In this document: piece by piece, positions 8,443-15,849 of the stretch
Numbering within the stretch: the stretch's first letter is position 1
How the letters are laid out: each line of letters begins with the position of its first letter
IMG/VR virus record: IMGVR_UViG_3300032144_000015
Location: 1 to 50,919 of that record
Length of the DNA: 50,919 nucleotides
Reading direction: 5' to 3' (one strand)
Origin: a virus
Notes under the pieces: generated by a model
The model's input: the letters and a program-made list of their open reading frames with translations, nothing else
Database searches by the model: none
Told to the model about the DNA's origin: nothing
Position numbers and translations under genes: made by a program

Positions 8443-9557
8443 GGATCGATCCTCGCCAGGCGCTCGATAATCTGGGCGCGTCTGCGGTTGATATTCGATA
8501 GCGTCAGGTTCTCGGCGATGAAATTTCGAGATTCCATAAGGAGCGCCTCGCGGCCGATATTTCCCGATAGAATGTGAAACAGCTTATTATAATAGTCTTC
8601 GCCGTTCTTATAGTTCACGATACCCGGCCGCTTCCATTCATCCCAGTCGGGCGCAAGACAGATCGCCCCTGCGTGGCAGGCCTCGATCCAGGCTATGTTT
8701 GATTTGCTTCGATTAAAAGTATCGTCGAGCAGCGGGACCTGCATAACATGGGGGCGGACGGCTGAAAGGTAATGCATGTATTCGATCACATCGAGGGCGT
8801 CCGTGACCTGGATTCGGTCCGATTCGATTCCGCGGTCTCTGAGATACTGAAGCGTCCCCCACCATGGCTTTCCCACAAAATTAAAGGTCCAGTCATGGCC
8901 GGCACGCTGGAAAGCGTTGGCCATGGGTGTAGTAAAAGCGGAAAGGTCCGAGTCATGCGTCGCCGAACCCCTCCAGAGGAGCAGCTTCAGCGGATCGGGG
9001 GCCGGTTTTTTCCAGGTCCGAAAGGAAAGGTTAAAGAGTTTTTCGTCATAGGCGTTCGGAACGAGTACGAATTTATCTGGATCCAGCTTCAGCCGGTCCT
9101 CCTCGGGAACCTCGTCGCCTTTCTTTTGCTTAAAGACGGTCTCGACGATATCCTGCAGGCGCTTTAGGAGATAGGGCGTCGACACCGAGACCATGTCGGC
9201 CTGCATAAGGAGGTGGACAATATTGTTCTGAACGTCCTTTCTCGAGTAGGTTGAGAAAGTCGGATTCTGCATGGGAACTGAAAACAGGTCATCGTCATAA
9301 TCCAGCCAGACCGGGCAGCCATTGGCCTTGGCCATTTTCATGATCCGGACGTGATCAGCTGTGAAGGGGCGCTGCATGAACAGACCGTCTATTCCAGCGA
9401 AGTAGGCCCATGTGATCGCGTTACTCATTTCGATTCTGATATCGTCGCCCAGCTCCTTTTGAAGTCTAAAGAGTGGGCCGGTGCCGCGATAGAACGAAGT
9501 GCCGTCCTGCGCGGGTATCTGAACGCCGAGACGAAACGGTTTACGGCCAGAATGCAT
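8433..9557 (-). CDS. Glycosyltransferase, GT-B fold-like
   Basis: 374 aa. Two Rossmann-like halves. The C-terminal half (LLLWRGSATHDSD... NRSKSNIAWIEACHAGAICLAP) resembles the donor-binding E/helix motif of GT1/GT4-type enzymes. Confidence 0.55.
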   Translation of the reverse strand: MHSGRKPFRLGVQIPAQDGTSFYRGTGPLFRLQKELGDDIRIEMSNAITWAYFAGIDGLFMQRPFTADHVRIMKMAKANGCPVWLDYDDDLFSVPMQNPTFSTYSRKDVQNNIVHLLMQADMVSVSTPYLLKRLQDIVETVFKQKKGDEVPEEDRLKLDPDKFVLVPNAYDEKLFNLSFRTWKKPAPDPLKLLLWRGSATHDSDLSAFTTPMANAFQRAGHDWTFNFVGKPWWGTLQYLRDRGIESDRIQVTDALDVIEYMHYLSAVRPHVMQVPLLDDTFNRSKSNIAWIEACHAGAICLAPDWDEWKRPGIVNYKNGEDYYNKLFHILSGNIGREALLMESRNFIAENLTLSNINRRRAQIIERLARIDPWA

Positions 9558-9840
9558 GTTTCAGCTGCTCCTCTAATCGTTTCAGCCGTTCTAGCATTTC
9601 GTCTGTCGAGATTCGATGGTTTTTCCAATTATGCCAAATATGGCGATAGAACCAGGTCAAGCGAAAGGCCTGACGGTCGGCGGCTGCGAGGGTTTCGCAG
9701 CGCACCGTGATCGACCTCCGCCCGAACCCATTTTCCCAGCATACGAAGTGGAAGCGCTCGCGCTTCGCGGTTTCCTCGCAGTGGGCGTGCACTCGTTTAA
9801 AGTGCAGTCTGTCGATGAAGTTTTTTAGCGGGTTTTGCAT
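9541..9840 (-). CDS. Hypothetical protein
   Basis: 99-aa ORF with an ATG start. Overlaps the upstream gene by 44 nt. Confidence 0.4.
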   Translation of the reverse strand: MQNPLKNFIDRLHFKRVHAHCEETAKRERFHFVCWENGFGRRSITVRCETLAAADRQAFRLTWFYRHIWHNWKNHRISTDEMLERLKRLEEQLKHAFWP

Positions 9841-10096
9841 AGCGTTCCCCCCACCTGAGCGTCATCGGGCCGGGATTGAACGAGCGAACGACATGTCCCT
9901 GGCTGTCGACGAGTCGAACCCCGCCCTGACGCAGACGCTCGTAGATTTTTTTATAGCGCTCCATGGCTTTACCTTCATCATTACTAGCATACACCTGTCG
10001 CCACTTGGCGTTGAAAAACCCGCTATTTCTGTAAATTTTCCACTCGCCGCCGATCGACTGCCGATAGAGAACCAGATTTTCGTCCATTGACATCAT
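9797..10096 (-). CDS. Hypothetical protein
   Basis: 99 aa. AAAGGAG RBS 6 nt upstream of ATGATG. First gene after a terminator/promoter region. Confidence 0.55.
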   Translation of the reverse strand: MMSMDENLVLYRQSIGGEWKIYRNSGFFNAKWRQVYASNDEGKAMERYKKIYERLRQGGVRLVDSQGHVVRSFNPGPMTLRWGERYAKPAKKLHRQTAL

Positions 10097-10111
10097 AGGA
10101 AGCTCCTTTGT

Positions 10112-10141
10112 CCTTCATGCAGATATATAATGCCATGAAGG
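10112..10141. promoter_or_regulatory. Operator-like inverted repeat around an AT-rich core
   Basis: ccttcatg (10112-10119) and catgaagg (10134-10141) are a perfect 8-bp inverted repeat flanking cagatatataatgc. It lies about 15 nt upstream of the 9797-10096 gene start on the minus strand. Confidence 0.4.
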
Positions 10142-10170
10142 CGTACGTTGTTGGAGCCTTTATACCACAG

Positions 10171-10207
10171 AAAAAACCCCGCCGAGCAGAAAAACCTGCC
10201 CGCGGGG
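10171..10207 (-). terminator. Rho-independent terminator (minus strand)
   Basis: Imperfect GC-rich hairpin ccccgccgagcag/ctgcccgcgggg (10177-10207). On the minus strand it is followed by UUUUUU (plus-strand A-run 10171-10176). Downstream of 10250-11056. Confidence 0.65.
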
Positions 10208-10249
10208 CGACTTCACTTGAAAATTTGAGGTTCGGCCTGGGATCAGGCC

Positions 10250-11056
10250 TTAGATATCATAGCAGACAGTCTCCTCCTCTGCAGTCTCGCCAAGGGGGCC
10301 GCCCTTAATGATAATCGTGTTCGAGACGCAGACCTTCATGCCGGGCACTGAAGTCCAGCCCCCATCGCCCCCGGTTCCCCCCGGGTTATATTCGCCAGGA
10401 GGAGGATCGCTGAAGTCGATCTCGGGCCGAGGCGGAGGGTTATCGGCTGGCAAGAGTTTCGCTTTTTTACCTTTCTCGACTCGCTTCAGGCAGGTCTCCG
10501 TGTCAGCCCCCTCCTTACAGATCTCTTTAATCTGTTTGATTTCCTCCTCGTAGCGCTTAATCGAGTCGTCGCCTCGGACCTTGCAGGCTGTAAGTGCAGC
10601 CCCGCAGCCAGAATAAACGAACACGGCCCATGCATTCAGCTTTACCTTGGTTGCCAGAAACAGGCAGGATCCGGCCATGGTAACGCAAGCGGTTTCCAAA
10701 TAGCTTATCACGTTTCTCTGATATTCCATTTCCTGAATGTAATCGTTAACTGGATCTGGCGCAGGCTGTCCGAATGAAGTGTTTTTCTTTTGTTCCTGAT
10801 CGCTTAGAAATCTAAGACCCTTTTCAATTACCTCTGGAGTCACGTAGAAAACCCGTTTCGGTTTTTCCAGATCGAAATTGAATGAGGCCATTATGATATT
10901 TTTCGCATAATCATCGCACTTGATCGATGTGTCGACGGCGCACATTTTTCTGAACTGTTTGATGTAGCCCGATTCTGTAGGATCGGGCGTTCCAATCGCC
11001 GAAGAAAAACCAGTGGTCGAGAAAAATAGTGCTGAAGCGATCACTGCCGTTCTCAT
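10250..11056 (-). CDS. Exported protein (signal peptide), Cys-containing
   Basis: 268 aa. N-terminus MRTAVIASALFFSTTGFSSA. Pro/Gly-rich C-terminal region. Confidence 0.6.
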   Translation of the reverse strand: MRTAVIASALFFSTTGFSSAIGTPDPTESGYIKQFRKMCAVDTSIKCDDYAKNIIMASFNFDLEKPKRVFYVTPEVIEKGLRFLSDQEQKKNTSFGQPAPDPVNDYIQEMEYQRNVISYLETACVTMAGSCLFLATKVKLNAWAVFVYSGCGAALTACKVRGDDSIKRYEEEIKQIKEICKEGADTETCLKRVEKGKKAKLLPADNPPPRPEIDFSDPPPGEYNPGGTGGDGGWTSVPGMKVCVSNTIIIKGGPLGETAEEETVCYDI

Positions 11057-11313
11057 GCTGCACTTACTCCTATAGCGTCGCCGTCGTCATTATTTTTCTT
11101 AACGTGCTTTCTGATTTCACTCCACTCCACCCAGCTGGCTGCTGCTCCTCCTACAAAAGTTGATAGGACGACAGCGAGGGTAAGCACTGTCCTGTCATGG
11201 TTTCCGCCGTAAAAGCTGACAGGAATCGCGATTAATAGATAAATGGCATTCGAAATAATCAAGCGCTTCATTCGCTTGGTAACCAGAACGCTGTATTCTT
11301 CAAGTGTCATCAT
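11053..11313 (-). CDS. Small membrane protein (2 TM)
   Basis: 86 aa with hydrophobic segments LIISNAIYLLIAIPVSFYG and LTLAVVLSTFVGGAAASWV. 4-nt overlaps on both sides. Confidence 0.55.
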   Translation of the reverse strand: MMTLEEYSVLVTKRMKRLIISNAIYLLIAIPVSFYGGNHDRTVLTLAVVLSTFVGGAAASWVEWSEIRKHVKKNNDDGDAIGVSAA

Positions 11314-11732
11314 ATGGCATGTCCTCCTTTACGAATCATGATTTCGACCGGCGGTTTCCGCGGCGTATGATAGATAAGGTCCCACTCCTCGTCCGGCACG
11401 TATTCCCAATGGGGCTTTCCGCCACGCAGATAGACGCGGCAAACCTCGCTTAGGTCATCCCGCGGAGGGGAATAGCTCGCGCTGTTATACTCCTCGTACC
11501 AGAGATAGGTAAGCTGCTTTCGCGCCAGCTTCAGCGACTTATGCACTTCAGTCCGTAGGATCGCATGACAGTCGGTTATGCTCGGCCCCGGGTTATCGGC
11601 TCGCTCGGTGACGAGGATCGAATAGCGCCCCTTCGGATCGAAGAACGTTTCGAGGCGGCAGCATGCGAGGCTTTTATCGTCGCAGCGAAACCACCATCGA
11701 TCGAATTTACAGATCGGTGTTCGCGTTACCAT
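11310..11732 (-). CDS. Hypothetical protein
   Basis: 140 aa with RBS AAGGAAAA upstream. Coupled to its neighbours by overlaps. Confidence 0.55.
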   Translation of the reverse strand: MVTRTPICKFDRWWFRCDDKSLACCRLETFFDPKGRYSILVTERADNPGPSITDCHAILRTEVHKSLKLARKQLTYLWYEEYNSASYSPPRDDLSEVCRVYLRGGKPHWEYVPDEEWDLIYHTPRKPPVEIMIRKGGHAI

Positions 11733-12153
11733 GAGATTTTCCTTTCGCTTTATCGAGGAGCACGGCCGCCATGTCGAGCGCGTCCTGGGCCAGGATCGGC
11801 TTTAGCGCAGGATCCAGCGGGAAACGGTTCTGATACATGCCCTGGAGGAGCGCCACGGCTGTCGTCTCAAGCCTGAAATCCGAGATTTCCGCGGCGATAT
11901 CGAGGTCGGATTTATCCGCCGCGGCCAGCATGCCAACGATCATGGACGTCGACATGGCTGCGAGGAAACTTCCTTCGGACTGCCAGTTATCGTCGCCCTC
12001 GGTGATATCCTGAAACAGCCGGTCGGTGGCGCTCGATAGTTTTTGATACTGCTCCTCTGAAAGATCCTGCAGCGTTTTTACGGCGCCGGAACCGTGCCCC
12101 TGGGACTGGACGATATCGAGCAGCCTGTCGAGTATCTGATCTGTGATTTTCAT
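11707..12153 (-). CDS. Hypothetical protein
   Basis: 148 aa. ATG overlaps the upstream stop (ATGA). Helical and acidic. Confidence 0.55.
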   Translation of the reverse strand: MKITDQILDRLLDIVQSQGHGSGAVKTLQDLSEEQYQKLSSATDRLFQDITEGDDNWQSEGSFLAAMSTSMIVGMLAAADKSDLDIAAEISDFRLETTAVALLQGMYQNRFPLDPALKPILAQDALDMAAVLLDKAKGKSHGNANTDL

Positions 12154-12614
12154 GATCCGCCCCCGAATATCGCGTCGATTATGGCTTTAATAATTGCGGC
12201 TACGATGACTCCGATCGCTCCACCAAGACACAAAAGCGCTGCTCGATTCTTCATGGAATAGCCTTTATCTGATCTGTGATAGTGATCCTCCAGGATCGTG
12301 TTCACTCCGATCGCTGGAACGCTAGGCTTATGGACGCGCGGACGCCAGGAAAAATCTGTGTTAAGCAGCCAGCGCTGCCGTTCCTCGGGTTCCGAAACTG
12401 GCGACGATGGTTCGAAGAAAGCGAGGCGATATCGGTTTCCTGGAAACACGACACCGACCGAACGCCACAGTCTATCGTCGGTCATGACCTCGAGCGCCAC
12501 GTGTTTTTTATAGGACATGAGGCCCGCCGGCCCTGCGATCAGCGCCCAAGGGTTTTCTGGATCGATCGCGACGAACACGACCTGCGGGCCAGGGCCAAGG
12601 TTAACTTCGTTCAT
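12150..12614 (-). CDS. Tail-anchored membrane protein
   Basis: Start re-picked to ATG 12614 (MNEVNLGPG...), preceded by AGGAGG. C-terminal TM segment AALLCLGGAIGVIVAAIIKAIIDAIFGG. Confidence 0.55.
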   Translation of the reverse strand: MNEVNLGPGPQVVFVAIDPENPWALIAGPAGLMSYKKHVALEVMTDDRLWRSVGVVFPGNRYRLAFFEPSSPVSEPEERQRWLLNTDFSWRPRVHKPSVPAIGVNTILEDHYHRSDKGYSMKNRAALLCLGGAIGVIVAAIIKAIIDAIFGGGS

Positions 12615-12927
12615 CCCGGTCCTCCTGCCTCTGCAGCATAGCAGCCGCAATACCTGACTTAATCTCATTCGATTGGTCGAACATTTCTGGAGGAATTCCC
12701 ATTTTATGTTCTGGTACTCCATAGCATTGCTGAAATTTATCGAGCGATAGCATGATCTCGGTCCGCAGTTCGCCTAGCGGCTGCAGCAGAGGCGATTCGT
12801 CGTGCAGTGCCGAAGCTTCGAGGCGATTCAGCTGCTGCAGTAAATTCGATATCTGCAGCGTTACGATCGCGTAAATGTTTCCAGTTTTATCGAAGGGAAT
12901 CACAAAGTGCCCTCTATCACGGATCAT
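12601..12927 (-). CDS. Hypothetical protein
   Basis: 108-aa ORF in the overlapping-gene chain. Confidence 0.5.
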   Translation of the reverse strand: MIRDRGHFVIPFDKTGNIYAIVTLQISNLLQQLNRLEASALHDESPLLQPLGELRTEIMLSLDKFQQCYGVPEHKMGIPPEMFDQSNEIKSGIAAAMLQRQEDRDERS

Positions 12928-13082
12928 AGCAGCCCCCTTATCATGCTCGAAAATAATGCCATGAGCAGCGCCCCGATTCCCACGCCGATAAGCATGGCGG
13001 CGAACAGAAATTTACGCGCCTCGCGGTGCACCTGCCGCGCGAAATCCTCGTCGGACAGCGGGCGGCCCATTATGTTTTTCAT
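12924..13082 (-). CDS. Small membrane protein (52 aa; below the ORF-track cut-off)
   Basis: My translation is MKNIMGRPLSDEDFARQVHREARKFLFAAMLIGVGIGALLMALFSSMIRGLL. Its ATG overlaps the upstream stop (ATGA) and its stop overlaps the next ATG, so it fills an otherwise empty 150-nt gap. Confidence 0.4.
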   Translation of the reverse strand: MKNIMGRPLSDEDFARQVHREARKFLFAAMLIGVGIGALLMALFSSMIRGLL

Positions 13083-13324
13083 CCCAAACCGCCCTGCTCG
13101 ATCGCTTTTAGGCGATCGTGCTTATCATGATCACGTCCAGTCAGAATACTGATATCCCGGCGTAGGTGCGCAATCTCCTCGCAGAGAAATGCGATAACCA
13201 GCCCGGCGCTGGCCGGACCTGGAGATCGATTTTTCACATAGCCGTCCATGTCCTTCCAGACTTTCATGCCGCTTTCTGTAAGATGAATTCGGTCATCGCC
13301 TAAAATTTCCATGCTCAACTCCAT
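13079..13324 (-). CDS. Hypothetical protein
   Basis: 81-aa ORF in the overlapping chain. Confidence 0.5.
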   Translation of the reverse strand: MELSMEILGDDRIHLTESGMKVWKDMDGYVKNRSPGPASAGLVIAFLCEEIAHLRRDISILTGRDHDKHDRLKAIEQGGLG

Positions 13325-13596
13325 TTCCAGAATACATGCCAGACGAATCTGCCTTGAAAAACTGTGCCAGCGTGCGCTAGATTATGCATGATCTCTTCGT
13401 CGAAATCGTGTCCAGTTCCGAAAATTCTGAACGTCGCTGGCTTTTGTTTTTCTTCTGTCGCGACAATAGCCCACACGCATAGCTGATTATTGAAATCAAA
13501 TTCAACGTGAATAATTTTAGAAATCGGCTGAACCATGATTTCCTGTTCTTCGATCACCTGAAGCGGATACTTGTAAATGGCCATTCTTCGCGTCAT
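13315..13596 (-). CDS. Hypothetical phage protein (YKYPL... beta-rich family)
   Basis: Start re-picked to ATG 13596, forming an ATGA overlap with the recT stop. The pattern YKYPLQV...LCVWAIV...FRIFGTGHDF recurs in small phage proteins of unknown function. Confidence 0.5.
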   Translation of the reverse strand: MTRRMAIYKYPLQVIEEQEIMVQPISKIIHVEFDFNNQLCVWAIVATEEKQKPATFRIFGTGHDFDEEIMHNLAHAGTVFQGRFVWHVFWKWS

Positions 13597-14540
13597 TTCA
13601 GTTTTTCCCATACCGCGAGGAGTTTCTCGGTCGACAGATCGTTAATCGCGTCGATCGGCATGCCGACGAGCTGCTCGATATCGGAGGGTTCCTGGCCGGC
13701 ACGCATGCGTGCCGAGATCCTGTCCTCGACCTTTCCGAGCATGGCCTGTCTATTCACTTCGTCCTGACTGGCCCTCTGTTCGTCCGCCAGTTCCCCCAGT
13801 ATCTCGCCCATGACGACGCTGGCGTCAGCTGGCGGCCCCTTATTTTCAAAGGTGTATGGGTTCCCGGGCGTGCCGTCGCCGCCGCTGATATCCTGCGCTT
13901 CGTCCTCGGTCATCGAGAACGCTCCGAATATATGAGGCGCGCACTCGCGGATCAGCCACGTCGCAGCGCGTTTTTTTAACATATAGGCCGGCATGGTTTT
14001 CCATTTCGAACCTTTCTTATCGATCCAGCCCTCGTCCTTGGCCATTTTCAGCGAGACGGCCGTGCCGACCGCTTCGGTGCCGTCGGGATAAGTGCCGACC
14101 GCCTGGGCCCACGCCGTGCCGTCCTCGATCTTACCGCCGGTCTTATAGACGAGTTTCTTAAACACGCCGAGCGACAGCACGCGCTTAATCATGAATTCGG
14201 TATACCACGCGTAGCGCCCACCGATAAAATAGACGCCCTGCAGGACCTCGACGAGCGGCATTGCCATAGATTCAGCGACGGTGGACATGGTGTAGAGCGA
14301 ACGTACGTCGCCTTGAAAATGGTCGGGAACTAAATTATTTCCGATACCCGCGAAGAAAAAGGCGTTCTTCAGGTGCACTAGCGATTCAGGCTTAATCGCG
14401 TAAACCTTCGCGGCCAGTTCGATATCGGCCTCGACGGCCCTGCACTCGGCCATGAAGCTATTCATCATGGCCCGCGCTTTACCGCCGCCGCCCGACTGAA
14501 CGATCGCCCCTTTTACTTCCGTCTCTGCTGCTGCTGACAT
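13593..14540 (-). CDS. recT: RecT-family single-strand annealing recombinase
   Basis: Start re-picked to ATG 14540 (GAGGG 7 nt upstream). The conserved region ...EGWIDKKGSKWKTMPAYMLKKRAATWLIRECAP... matches the RecT core motif. Preceded by a Gp157-like gene, a common arrangement. Confidence 0.7.
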   Translation of the reverse strand: MSAAAETEVKGAIVQSGGGGKARAMMNSFMAECRAVEADIELAAKVYAIKPESLVHLKNAFFFAGIGNNLVPDHFQGDVRSLYTMSTVAESMAMPLVEVLQGVYFIGGRYAWYTEFMIKRVLSLGVFKKLVYKTGGKIEDGTAWAQAVGTYPDGTEAVGTAVSLKMAKDEGWIDKKGSKWKTMPAYMLKKRAATWLIRECAPHIFGAFSMTEDEAQDISGGDGTPGNPYTFENKGPPADASVVMGEILGELADEQRASQDEVNRQAMLGKVEDRISARMRAGQEPSDIEQLVGMPIDAINDLSTEKLLAVWEKLK

Positions 14541-14551
14541 TCGGATTACCC

Positions 14552-15154
14552 TCACGACGATTTTTTAAACTCTGTGTTTATCGAAAATTCGACCTTGGTG
14601 CCATGCTTAAGTGTGGCGATTTCCTGGGCGAGCGGATCGCCCGACTTTAGCGCGTCCTTGATCACATCGAGATTCCACTCGTAACTCGTCCGAACGAATT
14701 CGTCGTACTTGATTTTGTGATCGACGGTGGGTTTTTTCGTGCCAGTGATACTGCATGACGCCGGGTTTTTCTTTAGCTTCACTGTGAATTCATTTCCAGT
14801 GAATTTCTCGAAATTATTCGTCTGAAGCGAATGAATGATGTATTTGTGGAGGCTTTCGATTTTCGTGTTTATCGCTTTCTCCTTGGCTGCGTACTCGTCC
14901 TTCATCCCTCCGAAATACGTGGCCATGACCTTCAGCCGATCGAGGACGTGCTTCAGGCCGTCGACCTTGGCTTTCCCATCGTTCATCAGATCGATCTGCT
15001 GATCGAGATTCGCTTCGATCACCTCCTGATCGATCGCTTGAAACAGCTGCAGGATTTTAAAGAACGTCGGATTATCTGCGTGCGGGCTGGCAGCGGGAAG
15101 CGGGGGCGCAGGGATTTCATCGGCGGAAATTGAAAGGGCGGCTTCGCTAATCAT
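14552..15154 (-). CDS. Gp157-like protein (recombination-module partner)
   Basis: Start re-picked to ATG 15154 (GGAG upstream). 200 aa with an N-terminal coiled coil. Its position upstream of recT resembles Sipho_Gp157-family genes. Confidence 0.45.
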   Translation of the reverse strand: MISEAALSISADEIPAPPLPAASPHADNPTFFKILQLFQAIDQEVIEANLDQQIDLMNDGKAKVDGLKHVLDRLKVMATYFGGMKDEYAAKEKAINTKIESLHKYIIHSLQTNNFEKFTGNEFTVKLKKNPASCSITGTKKPTVDHKIKYDEFVRTSYEWNLDVIKDALKSGDPLAQEIATLKHGTKVEFSINTEFKKSS

Positions 15155-15190
15155 TGGATAATTACTCCGTGCTGTATTCAGTTCGGAGTG

Positions 15191-15219
15191 AGTATGCCGC
15201 GCGTATTGCGAAGTGTAAA
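15191..15219 (-). promoter_or_regulatory. Sigma70-like promoter for the gp157/recT leftward operon
   Basis: The minus strand reads TTTACA (15219-15214), a 17-nt spacer, then CATACT (15196-15191), about 35 nt upstream of ATG 15154. Confidence 0.5.
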
Positions 15220-15238
15220 ACGAAAAACAACCAGGTTG

Positions 15239-15272
15239 AAAAAAAATCCGGTCCCACCGAAGCGAGACCGGA
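15239..15272 (-). terminator. Rho-independent terminator after the 15415-15849 gene
   Basis: Stem tccggtc (15247-15253) / gaccgga (15266-15272). On the minus strand it is followed by U8 (plus-strand A8 at 15239-15246). Confidence 0.7.
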
Positions 15273-15414
15273 CCGACACCGCAAGTCGGCAGGAAACTAA
15301 AGCTGACACCGCTGACCACTTAACGGCGTCATGTTTTCGCAATACCCAAGCGTAGCGAGAGGTCGTTTCCCGATGGGTTTTGACGGTGTCATAAGTATCT
15401 TATCACAAACTGTC

Positions 15415-15849
15415 TTACCTCGATTTCTTTTTGACTATGAATTTTGATGGCATAGGAAAAAATTGCGGTATCGGAATCGGCGCGTCCTGCAAAATTTCAT
15501 ATCTGCTAAAATTACGCACATTTTCGTGCTTTTGACGTGTTTTTCGTTTAGATTGCGAACTGCGTCCGAGTTTCGAGCCTTTATTAACATTGCGTCCCTT
15601 CCAATCGAGCACGCATACGAGGGTAAAATCTGGCACTGGCGTCAGTTGGAAGTGATACACCTTTCCAATCTGTTGCCGCCAGATCCTGCCATCGTCTGCG
15701 AGGTTATGCAGTGCCCGCGCAGTTTGTGCTATCCAGCATTTGGATTCATCGGCCAGCCAGGAAAGCTTAACACCTTCATCTGGATCGCCTGCTGATAGTT
15801 TCAAAAACGCTTGATACACGCGTTCCAATACTTCTTTTTTTTCTTTCAT
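15415..15849 (-). CDS. Putative winged-helix DNA-binding regulator with a basic C-terminal tail
   Basis: 144 aa. The N-terminal ~90 aa are helix-rich (VKLSWLADESKCWIAQTARALHNLADDGRIW then a beta hairpin KVYHFQL). The C-terminus is Lys/Arg-rich. Monocistronic, between the ORF-free region and a terminator. Confidence 0.45.
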   Translation of the reverse strand: MKEKKEVLERVYQAFLKLSAGDPDEGVKLSWLADESKCWIAQTARALHNLADDGRIWRQQIGKVYHFQLTPVPDFTLVCVLDWKGRNVNKGSKLGRSSQSKRKTRQKHENVRNFSRYEILQDAPIPIPQFFPMPSKFIVKKKSR

